From: Squalus acanthias
Lineage: Eukaryota
DNA: 64,000 nucleotides
NCBI GenBank assembly: GCA_030390025.1
Contig: CM059432.1
Span: 8,556,001-8,620,000, forward strand
Reading direction: 5' to 3'
Shown here: positions 36,307 through 47,155 of the stretch, one piece after another
Position numbering within the stretch: the stretch's first letter is position 1
Layout: every line of letters starts with the position of its first letter
Program-made: the position numbers and the translations under genes
Notes under the pieces: generated by a model
What the model saw: the letters and a program-made list of their open reading frames with translations, nothing else
Told to the model about the DNA's origin: nothing
Database searches by the model: none

Positions 36307-36540
36307 ATTCAGATCAGGCAACATCTGAGGAGAGAACAGAGGAGTTAATGTTTCAGTGAGGAGCCCACGTCAAAAACATTAATTCCTTTTTGCTTATAGT
36401 GTAGCCTATTCTTAAAAAGTTCTGTTGATATCAACAGATAGCCAGCAGGAGAGTCAAATCTCGAAGATCGTTAAAATCTATTCGGCATTGAGATGCCGGC
36501 GTGAGAAACCTGCTCTATTGGTTTCGCTGTCTTTCAAAAG

Positions 36541-37065
36541 GAACATAGGAGCAGGAGGAGGCCATTCAGCCCCTCGAGCCTGTTCCGCCATTCAATGAGA
36601 TCATGGCTGATCTGTATCCTAACTCCATTTATCCGCCTTGGCTCCACATCCTTGAATACCCCTGGCCAGCAAAAATCTCAGATTTAACATTATTAATCGA
36701 GCTAACATCTACTGTTGTATTTGGGAGAGAGTTCCGCCCTTCTACCACCCTCTGTGTGAAGAAGTGTTTCCTAACTTCTCTCCTGAATGGGCCTGGCTCT
36801 GATTTTAAGGTTGTGTCCCCTTGTCCTAGACTACCCCACCAGCAGAAAAGAAAGTTTCTCTCCATCTACACTTTCAAAATCCGAAAAACCTCAATCAAAT
36901 CACCTCTTAACCTTCTACATTCCAGCAAATAAAAGCCTAGTTGATGTAATTTCTCACAATTTCACCCTTGGAGCCCCGGTTCCCGGAAGGGCACACAGTT
37001 CTCCAGATGTGATCTAACCAGGGCTTTGTATAGCTGGAGCTAAACCTCCTCCTTTGTATATTCCA
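36541..37065 (-). mobile_element. CR1 3' fragment
   Basis: FRREVRKHFFTQRVV and tail. Confidence 0.75.
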
Positions 37066-37116
37066 ACCCTTTCAAACTGCTATAACCCCTGAAATTGAAT
37101 GTGTACGGTAGCAGAA

Positions 37117-38424
37117 GGATCAGAGGGACCTTGGTGTGCATGTACATAGATCCCTGAAGGCAGCAGGACAGGTAGATAAGGTGGTTAAAAAGGCATATGG
37201 GATACTTGCCTTCATTAGCCAAGGCATAGAATAGAAGTTGAGAGGTCGCACAACACCAGGTTATAGTCCAACAGTTTTATTTGAAATCACAAGCTTTCGG
37301 AGCTATCGATTGCTCCTTCCTCAGGTGAAGTAAATTAGATACAGAATCGCCAAAGCATATATAGATAGAGAACAAAGCATGTGTACCTTACAATTGCAGA
37401 CCACTAAATTAAATCATCCTGACTATCTGCCGAGGTGTGATAAAGTTAATCAAGTCAGCCAGGAAGGTACCACATCAAAGACATAGCAAGATACAACTGA
37501 GACAATGAGGTGTAGTCGCAGGGGTTCTAACGTGTCAAAAGCTGCCGTCTGTATGGAAAACGAAAAGCTTTAAAATTTTTAATTTTTTACTGGGAAAATT
37601 TTTACTTTTTTACTGGGAATCACATCTGTGAACAAGCCAACGACGACTCGAGTCCGGATCACGTCATGTATCGTGACATAAACCCAAGCTCCCGGTTGAG
37701 ACCGTCTTCATGAGTGCGGAACTTGGCTATCAGTTTCTGCTCGATGATTTTGCGTTGTCGTGTGTTTCTAAGGTGCGACCTCTCAATTTTGTCCACCCCA
37801 GTCCAACACCGGCATCTCCGCATCATAGAATAGAAGAGCAGGGAGGTTATGATGGAGCTGTACAAAATGCTAGTTAGGCCACAGCTGGAATACTGTGTGC
37901 AGTTCTGGTCGCCACACTATAGGAAGGATGTGATTGCATTGGAGAGGGTGCAGAGGAGATTCACCAGGATGTTACCTGGGCTGGAGCGCTTCAGCTATGA
38001 AGAGAGACTGGACAGGCTGGGGTTGTTTTCTTTAGAGCAGAGAAGGCTGAGGGGGGGACCTGATTGAGGTGTACAAAATTATGAGGGGCATAGATAGGGT
38101 AGATAGAAAGGAACTTTTCCCCTTAGTAGAGGGGTCAATAACCAGGAGGCATAGTTTCAAGGTAAGGGGCAGGAGGTTTAAAGGGGATTTGGGAAAAACT
38201 TTTTCACCCAGAGGGTGGTTGGAATCTGGAACTCACTGCCTGAAAGGGTGGTAGAGGCAGGAACCCTCGCAACATTCAGGAAGCATTTAGATGAGCACGT
38301 GAAACGCCATAGCATACAAGGCTACGGACCAAGTGCTGGAAAATGGGATTGGAATAGACAGGGCTTGATGGCCAGCGCAGACACGATGGGCCGAAGGGCC
38401 TCTTTCTGTGCTGTATAACTCTAT
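37117..38424 (+). mobile_element. 5'-truncated CR1, (CTCTATGA)n-tail subfamily, split by a PLE; tail resumes at 39314
   Basis: Near-identical to 143-805. Confidence 0.92.
37238..37823. mobile_element. PLE family 2 insertion: inverted body (GIY-YIG C-terminus, UTR, hammerhead 37287-37328) plus a forward 3' tail
   Basis: EQKLIAKFRTHEDGLNRE on minus; TSD CATAGAATAGAAG. Confidence 0.85.
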
Positions 38425-39313
38425 GAGCGAAAAATTCAGTTGGTTGCGCCTCCCGTTAGCGCCTTAAGAGGGCGCTAATGGGGCGCAAAGCAACTGGCGC
38501 CCGGGCGCGGCGATCTTTGTGCCGCTCACGAAATTAACTGGACATTTTGCGGCGGCGCTAAACACTACCGCCACGATCTCCTGTGCCGGCCGATCGTGAC
38601 GTCAGTCGAGAGTGCAATGCCCCGGTAGCGCCCCGGACCGGATATTGAGTGGTGCCCCCTGTCTTACCGCCTGCCGTTAGCAACGACAGGTTGAGGGGAG
38701 CGTTTTGCAGTCGGGAAGGGACTGGGGGAGCGCTATTTAAAGGCGACCGCTTCCTGCCTTTTTTTGTCGGCGAAATTTTTGCACCACGCATTCTGAGAGA
38801 GAGAGAGACTGCAGGAGATATTCAAAGCTGTGTTGAGGAGTTTCGGGTACTGAGCAGCGCTTTGCAGGTTCTTTTTGATTTGCCCTTCCTTGCATCGATT
38901 TAGAAGAGAATATGGAGGCTGCAGTCTGAGCTCTTTCCCTGGGCCTCTTCATTGTTCTTTCCAACAGATTTGATGTACAGGTCTCTCTAGGCCGAGATTC
39001 AAGGCTGCAACGAGCAGGGTGTGGATGTAGAGCAAGATCAACCCTCCTCTTTAAGAACAGGCCGGCGCCAGTGTGTCTGTGTTCCATTGCTGACTGACAT
39101 CACATGAGCTTCGCCAGCGCTCTGAGGTAGCGCCTCGCTCCTCGGCCTTTGCGCCTTAAGGCAGATGTGTAGCGCCTGATTTAGCGCTCCAATCACCTCC
39201 ATGGGTGATAAAAATCAAGTTTGCAGTCGGAGGCGATAATTAGCGCCAGGCGCTAAACTTTGCGCACGGCCGATAATGGCGCCCCAACCGGGGCGACACT
39301 GAATTTTTCCCCC
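38425..39313. mobile_element. Harbinger-type MITE, family A (inverted relative to 806-1705)
   Basis: Full-length reverse-complement homology, TSD TAT. Confidence 0.88.
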
Positions 39314-39871
39314 TATGACTCTATGAGAAATGGAATGAATGCTTCTGAACACAGTAATTAAGTGACTAATCAAGCACCAACAGCAATTAATGCCTCCTTA
39401 ATGCCAGTGAAACTCCACTCTGACTCTGGTGGCAAGATGGTAAAAGACTTATCGAAGAGCGGAGAATTTAAACCACAGATGTAAATAAGTAATATCAAAC
39501 ACGGCTGTCGGAGTAGTTGGTTGGCTGACCAAAAGGTGAAAACAATTAAATTAAAGAAACAGGTTTAACTTCATTCCCTCCTGCTGTCATGCAGCATGTT
39601 TCATCTTCGACCTCACAGAACTGCTGAATGCAAACGGTTATCGCTTTTTGTCCGCTATAAGCCGCTGCCTGTTTTAAATGCGGGTGTTTTAAGTGGTGGG
39701 TACTGCATGAGCATGCTATGTTATTGTCTACAGTAGCTGTATCTGTGCGGGCAAACATCTTTTTTTGATTCCTGCGAATATTTGGTCGCCTAAGTGTCGT
39801 GATGAGTAATACAGTTTCAATATCCTTCGTTTATTGCCCACCTTCAAAGGAAATTGCCTGCATCTTGGTTG

Positions 39872-40258
39872 AATCTTATTGAAACATATAAGATACTGAG
39901 GGGGCTTGACAAGGTAGATGCAGAGAGGATGTTTCCCCTTGTGGGGGAATCCAGAACTCGGGGGCATAGTTTCAGAATAAGGGGTCGCCCTTTTAGAACT
40001 GAGATGAGGAGGAATTTCTTCTCTCAGAGGGTCGTAAATCTATGGAATTCTCTGCCCCAGAGAGCTGTGGAGGCTGGGTCATTAAATACATTTAAGGTGG
40101 AGATAGACAGATTTTTGCAAGATAAGGGCGTGAAGGGTTATGGGGAGCGGGCAGGGAAGTGGCTTTGAGCCCAAGATCAGCCATGATCTTATTGAATGGC
40201 GGAGCAGGCTCGAGGGGCCAAGTGGCATATTCCTGCTCCTATTTCTTATGTTCTTATT
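39872..40258 (+). mobile_element. CR1 3' fragment
   Basis: LIETYKIL, FFSQRVVNLWNSLP; (TTCTTATG)n tail. Confidence 0.88.
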
Positions 40259-40717
40259 ATGACTCGCAGCTAGAGATCAGTCGGTCCGCGGCTAGTCAGA
40301 GGGCTGCAAGGTGGAGTACAGCCAGATAAGAAATGCGCTTCAAGAATCAATTTTGTGTCGAGGCTTAACACAGCAGAGGCATCTTTGTTGTTTTGAGGCT
40401 TTAAGGAGGATAGTAAAAATAGTAATTCAGTGTAAACGTGGAGTTTGTACGGCATACTATTCACTCATCTGTGTAATGTTCAAGACATTTGTCTGTTGGG
40501 TTATAGCCTGATCCATGCTCGCTCTGTTGGAATGTACATTCATCTTCTCAAGTCAAGGGGATCAAGTGTGAGCACAGAATAGATTCAGTCAGCCAGAGTA
40601 GAGTGATAAGGGTTCTCTGTCTGACCCCTGAGTCTTGTTATGTTCACCTAGATGTCATGCAACTGAAGGCACAGCCTGGTTCCAAAGGAGAACAAGCTTC
40701 ACTTGTGGGAATTAGCC

Positions 40718-41545
40718 TCGGGTTGCCATTGCCAGTCTTCCAGGATTGGCCTGGAGTCTCCAGGAATGACAGATTAATCTCAGCTGTGGCTCAGTGAGTA
40801 GCACACTCGCCTCTGAGTCAGAAGGTTGTGGGTTTAAGTCTCACTCCAGGGACTTAAACACATAAAGCTAGGCTGACACTCCAGTGCAGGGCTGAGGGAG
40901 TGCTACTCTGTCGGAGGTGCCGTCTTTCAGATGAGACGTTAAACCGAGGCCCCGTCTGCTCCCTCGGGTGGATGTAAAAGATCCCATGGCACTACTTCGA
41001 AGAAGAGCAGGGGAGTTCTCCCCGGTGACCTGGGCAATATTTATCCCTCAATCAACATCACTAAAAACCGATTATCTGGTCATTATCACGTTGCTGTTTG
41101 TGGGATCTTGCTGTGTGTAAATTGGCTGCTGCGTTACCTACATTACAACAGTGACTGCACTTCAAAAAGTACTTCATTGGCTGTAAAGCGCTTTGGGACA
41201 TCTGGTGGTCTTTCTTTCTTTTCCAGGACATTGTTGCAAGCAACTCCGGGAGAAAAGTCACCGGGGCAACAAAAAGTTTTGAAAAATTTCTTTGATCCTT
41301 TTTGTTTATTAGTTATAAAAATATAGGACTTGGGGGAAAAAATTGCTGTCTGACTGACAGTGGAGAATCACCCAATTGGGTAATGAAGAGTCTATTGGCT
41401 TTGCGATTGGTGTAGGAAGGTGGCGCTCCAGGAGGATGGCCATGCCAGGTGACCAATGGTGGGAGTTTGGGGGCGGGGCCATTGGTGGCAGATGGTCATG
41501 TGATGAAACCTCCAGGAATAAGTCCAGGCAGAGTTGGCAACCCTA
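40718..41545. mobile_element. hAT-type MITE containing a DeuSINE
   Basis: TIRs T(C)GGGTTGCCA / TGGCAACCCTA; flanks GAATTAGCC / GAATAGCC (8-bp TSD with one inserted T). Confidence 0.72.
40781..41210 (+). mobile_element. DeuSINE (SacSINE1-like)
   Basis: Matches 11922-12378. Confidence 0.85.
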
Positions 41546-41623
41546 GAATAGCCCAGTTGCTGAATGCAATGAAATCGCTCGGGTTAAAGCCCCAAAAATG
41601 TAACAAGGGAGAAAAGAAAAGAA

Positions 41624-42064
41624 AGACTTGCATTTCTACAGCGCCTTTCACGACCTCAGAACGTCCCAAAGCGCTTTTTAGCCAATGAAGTACTGTTGAA
41701 GTGTAGTCACTGTTGTAATGTGGGAAGCGTGGCAGCCAATTTGTGCACAGCAAGCTCCCACAAACAGCAATGTGATAATGACCAGATAATCTGTTTTTAG
41801 TGATGGTGATTGAGGATAAATATTGGCCAGGACACCAGGGAGAACTCCCCTGTTCTTCTTCAAAATAATACCATGGGATCTTTTACGTCCACGTGACGCA
41901 GCCTCGGTTTAACGTCTCATCCGAAAGACAGCACCTCCAACAGTGCAGCACTCCCTCAGTACCACACTGGATTGTGTCAGCCTGGATTTCTTTGCTCAAG
42001 TGGGACGATGAACCCACAACCTTCTGACTCAGAGGCGAGTATGCTACCAACTGAGCCACGGCTG
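41624..42064 (-). mobile_element. DeuSINE (SacSINE1-like)
   Basis: Reverse complement of 11922-12378. Confidence 0.85.
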
Positions 42065-42862
42065 ACTCTGCTAGAATTAGAACAGAGATAAACTAGGCCA
42101 TCTTGAGGATGTGGAAGGGGTACCATCTGGACCAGAGGTTTCACTGATTCCAGAGAGTGGAGGAATGACAGATATGATGGGGATACAGTACGATGTTGGT
42201 CACAGTGACAGTGTTCATGTGCTATTGGCGGGTCAACTTTGGATGTTACCACCACCAATTTGCCTTTATTCCAGCATCTTGAAAATGAGTGGTAAATACC
42301 ACCACTCGACCAGGTAATCAGGGCCTGAACCACAACGACAAGACGTGTGAAGCTCCAATGAGATAAGTTACGGTTTTCTATCGGGAGAGGAGCATCTGAT
42401 GTTGGTCAGATTTTTCATTGAGAATCTCCAACCAGTTTCCAATTTTTGATTGAGTGGCAGCTGCTTATCACTCATAGGGGCATTATAGTAATTGAGATAA
42501 AATGTGGCCACGTCCTGATCTTTCCATTCAAAATTTAAAGGCAACAAAAAAACGTCTACACTCTACGCTGGTCGATATTTTTTTTAAACTGTCTTAAAAC
42601 ATTTTAGAATTATATCCCTATGTGGCAAGAGCTCCAGCTGTATGAATTGATAGTAATCTGAAAGAAGTTTCAGTATGGAATCGTAGAATGGTTACAGCAT
42701 GGAAGAAGGCCATTTGGCCCATCGAGCCCACGCTGGCTCCCTGCAAGAGCACTTCATTCAGAGATATTTCATAACTCTCAACAGAGAGAATTTCCCAGTG
42801 AGAAAGAAAGACTCTACGAGAAGGATGAACCATCCGTGGCTAACTAAGGATGTTAAGGAGGG

Positions 42863-43091
42863 TGACATGAATCTTGTCATTCATGTGGAAATGACTTATG
42901 AAATAATACTGGGCGGCCTGCTGGTGGCGCTGTCCAGGGAGAGTATAAATACTCGGGTATGGGCCCAGCTTGCTCAGGACATTCTTTCACAGGAACTAGT
43001 GAAGGACACAACTAGACCTCCATGTTGAAAAACAGTTGATTAAAGCCTTGTTTCATACTCAGACCAAGTGCCTAGTAGTTTTCTTACCTCA
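42863..43091 (+). mobile_element. 229-bp solo LTR
   Basis: TG...CA termini, 5-bp TSD GAGGG, TATAAA at 42944, ATTAAA at 43039; CR1 sequence is restored on removal. Confidence 0.85.
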
Positions 43092-43125
43092 GAGGGTATC
43101 AAATTTAAAGAAAAGGCATACAATG

Positions 43126-43630
43126 CTGCAGAGAAGGTTCACGAGGTTGATTCCTGGGATGAAGGGGTTGACGTATGACGAAAGGTTGAGCAGGTTGGGC
43201 CTATACTCATTGGAGTTTAGAAGAATGAGAGGTGATCTTATTGAAACATATAAGATTCTGAGGGGACTCGACAAGGTAGATGCAGAGAGGATCTTTCCCC
43301 TAGTGGGGGTATCTAGAACTAGGGGGCATAGTCTCAGAATAAGGGGATCGCCCATTTAAGACGGAGATGAGGAGGAATTTCTTCTCTCAGAGGGTCGTGA
43401 ATCTTTGGAATTCTCTACCCCAAAGAGCTGTGGAGGCGGAGTCACTGAATGTATTCAAGGCGGAGATTGACAGACATTTGAACTACAAGGGAGTCAAGGG
43501 GTATGGGGAGAGAGCGGGAAAGTGGTGTTGAGGCCAAGATTGGATCAGCCATGATCTTATTGAATGGCGGAGCAGGCTCGAGGGGCCGATTGGCCAACTC
43601 CTGCTCCTGGTTCCTATGTTCATATGTTCT
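43126..43630 (+). mobile_element. Nested CR1 3' fragment
   Basis: QRRFTRLIPGM...TRGH and tail. Confidence 0.88.
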
Positions 43631-44484
43631 TTGCCAAGATTATTGGTAGGCCAGAAGATTGGGGAAATTTTTAGAAACTTGCAAAGGATGTCTAAAAAAA
43701 AATAAAGCGGGAGAAAATAGATTATGAGAGTAAACTGGCAAGAAATATAAAAACTGACAGTAAGAGTTTCTACAAGTATATAAAAAGGAAGAGAGTAGCT
43801 AAAGTAAACGTTGGTCCCTTAGAGGATGAGACTGGGGAATTAATAATGGGAAACAAGGAAATGACAGAGACTTTGAACAAATATTTTGTATCAGTCTTCA
43901 TGGTAGAAGACATTAAAAGCATCCCAATAATAGATAATCAAGGGGCAAAAGGGAGGGAGGAACTTAAAACAATCACTATCACTAGAGAAAAAGTATTAGG
44001 CAAACTAATGGGACTAAAGGCTGACAAGTCCCCTGGACCCGATGGCCTGCATCCTAGGGTCTTAAAAGAAGTGGCTACAGATATAATGGATGCATTGGTT
44101 GTAATCTACCAAAATTCCCTAGACTCTGGAAAGTTCCCAGCGGACTGGAAAACCGCAAATGCAACACACATATTCAAGAAAGGAGGGAGACAGAAAGCAG
44201 GAAACAAGAGGCCAGTTAACCTAACATCTGTCATTGGGAAAATGCTGGAATCCATTATTAAGGAAGTAATAGCAGGGTATTTAGAAAATCATAATACAAT
44301 CAAGCAGAGTCAACATGGCTTTGTGAAAGGGAAATCGTGTTTGACAAATTTACTACAGTTCTTTGAGGATGTAACAAGCAGGGTGGATAAAGGGGAACCA
44401 GTAGATGTAGTGTATTTGGATTTCCAAAAGGCATTCGATAAGGTGCCACATAAAAGGTTACTGCACAAGATAAGAGCTCCTGGT

Positions 44485-44590
44485 ATAACAACAGAAAATA
44501 GTGGAAACACTCAGCATGTCAGGCAGCATCGTGGAAAGAGAAACAGAGTTAACGTTTCAGGTCGATGACCCTTCGTCCAAACCCTTTGTC
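44485..44590 (-). mobile_element. PLE family 1 terminal repeat fragment
   Basis: Reverse complement of the family 1 repeat; TSD AGAGCTC(C/A)TGGT. Confidence 0.78.
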
Positions 44591-45146
44591 AGAGCTCATG
44601 GTGTTGGGGGTAATATATTAGCATGGATAGAGGATTGGCGAACTAACAGAAAACAGAGAGGCGGGATAAATGGCTCAATTTCAGGTTGGCAAACTGTAAC
44701 TAGTGGCGTGCCACAGGGATCAGTGCTGGGGCCTCAACTATTTACAATCTATATTAATGACTTGGATGAAGGGACCGAGTGTAATGTAGCCAGATTTGCT
44801 AACAATACAAAGATAGGTGGGAAAGCAACTTGTGTGGAGGACACAAAGAGTCTGCAAAGGGATATAGATAGGTTAAGTGAGTGGGCAAAAATTTGGCAAA
44901 TGGAGTAAAATGTGGGAAAATGTGAGGTTATCCACTTTGGTAGGAAGAATAGAAAAGCAAAATATTATTTAAATGGAGAGAGACTACAGAATGCTGCAGT
45001 ACAGAGGGATCTGGGGGTCCTCGTACATGAAACACAAAAAATTAGCATGCAGGTACAGCAAGTAATTAGGAAAACAAATGGAATGTTGCCTTTATTGCAA
45101 GGGGGGATGGAATATAAAAGTAAGGAAGTCTTGCTATAACTGTACA

Positions 45147-45678
45147 TGATGTGGAGATGCCGGCGTTGGACTGGGGTGGACAAAAATGAGAAGTCGCACA
45201 ACACCAGGTTATAGTCCAACAGATTTATTTAATTTTACAAGCTTTCGGAGCTATCGCTCCTTCGTCAGGTAAGTTAGCAATGAGAGAATCTCCCAGAATT
45301 CACAATTTAAACCCAGACAAAATCTATTCACATTATTCGCTACAACAAAGAGCACAGCCAAGACAATGAGATGTGTCCCAGGGGGTCCAGCGTGTCAAAC
45401 CACCTGCTGGCTGCATATCCTGTCAATTTGTGTTCTTGTGTTTTTAAAAAAAAAAAACAAAAAAAACACCTGGGAAGACCGGCCATGATGTCAAGTCACG
45501 TTCTGTATCGTGACATGAACCCGATATCGCGATTGAGGCCATCCTCATGAGTGCGGAACTTGGCTATCAGTTTCTGCTCTATGATTTTGCGCTGTCGTGT
45601 ATCTCGAAGGCCGCCTTGGAGAACGCTTACCCGCAGATCCGAGGCTGAATGCCCCTGGCTGCTGAAGTGTTCCCCGTG
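45147..45678 (-). mobile_element. 5'-truncated PLE family 2 (GIY-YIG C-terminus, hammerhead 45235-45272, tail)
   Basis: EHFS..H..SDLRVSVLQGGLRDTRQRKIIEQKLIAKF; TSD TATAACTGTACA. Confidence 0.88.
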
Positions 45679-45706
45679 TATAACTGTACAGGGTGTTGGT
45701 GAGACC

Positions 45707-47005
45707 TGTAGTGGGTGGTGGTTTGTGTCAGCTTCACCTCTGACTTCTGAGCGGTTAGAATCGCTCCCACTCCCTTGGTTCTAGACCCTGGACTTATTTG
45801 GGGGTTGTGATAAAAGGTGCAGCAGACAACTGGGTTTGATGCAAGAACTTTGATCTTTATTCAAGAAAGTAAAAACACAACACAAACACTCTTAACACTC
45901 TAAAGGTGGGGAACACTTCGGTACAAGCGAGGGAAATAACATTAAAAGAATACTTCACCCCTCCCAATCCCACTTCACTAGCTAGGTTGGACTCTGGAGA
46001 ACCAGGGATAATGCTCACCAAACGAATCCTTGACAATTGAGAGTTAGGGTTTAGAGTCTTTTGAGTAAAAGGTTTTGTAAGGCCCTTGTTGCCGCGAGGT
46101 GTCCGATGGTCACTGGAACTGTTGCTCTGGTTTCTTCTTGCGTGTCGGCCTGCTTCTGGAGCTGTTGGCCTTCTTTGTTGAACTGTCCTCTTCAGAGCTG
46201 TGGAATTGCCTTCTTGCAGAACTGCTTGCTGAACTCCCTGCTGCTGTGTAACTCTACTGGAGAACTCAAACTTGAACTGCTGTGCTGGAGAACTGGACAA
46301 CTCCCTTCTTACTGAACTGTCTTCTTTAACTGCCCAACTTGCTTCTCCTGAACTCTGTAACTCCAGCACTGACTTCTGCTGAAAACAGGCTTTCAATTGA
46401 ACTCGAAAACTGCAGAACTGCCTTCTGTTGAACTGTTTTACTGGAGAACTGGCTTCTTGAGAAAACAGCCTTTCAATTATACTAATTGAAGCTTCCTTAT
46501 CAAAATCAAAATCAAATCCCGGTCATTGTAAGATTTGAGGCCTCGTTAACAGTAATTGGTTTGTAAATGTGTGAAGTGGTTTCAGGACAGCTCCATCCTG
46601 TCGATCTGTTGTTTAATCGGAGTTTGAATTGTCCTCATGTTTTGGGTTTCTTGACTGGGCCTTGGACTTCTATAGAGTATCTGTTTTATGCATGTTTTTA
46701 ATGGGTTCTGTAAATTGGGGTGGAGACTGCTCTTCCGTGGGTCTATTGTCAAAATGTTCATGTCTGCTGAGGTCAGACGGTTCCCCAGACAGTGTAATTA
46801 ACTGCAATAGCCAAACTGCTTTTACAGAGGTCGAACCCACCTCCTTGCAGCCTTTACAGGCCCAGACATGTTTTTAAAATGCCAAAACTTGGTTTTTGGT
46901 CTTAAATTTCTTAGGTTAGGCCCAAATGCATTTTTATCACTCTGAGGTAGTTCCAAAGTCCTTTTTCCTTAGGTTTGGGGATCTGCAAATTTTGGAAACC
47001 TTACA
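45707..47005 (-). mobile_element. Solo LTR (1.3 kb), same family as 23297-25004
   Basis: TGTA...TACA termini, 4-bp TSD GACC, AATAAA on minus near 45856. Confidence 0.9.
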
Positions 47006-47155
47006 GACCACACCTGGAGTACTGCGTACAGTTTTGGTCTCCTTATTTAAGGAGGGATACACTTGCATTGGAGGCAGTTCAGCGAAGGTTCACTAGGTGG
47101 TTCCTGGGAATGGAAGGGGTTGTCTTATGAGGAAAGGTTGAGCAGGTTGGGCATA

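Noticed and set aside
143..39325. Segmental duplication of a CR1+MITE block
   Set aside because: MITE orientation is opposite, the flanks differ, and a third CR1 copy carries a different MITE.
47063..47155. Start of the predicted 937-aa protein
   Set aside because: It uses a non-ATG start in the older host CR1; the frame fusion with the nested CR1 is coincidental.
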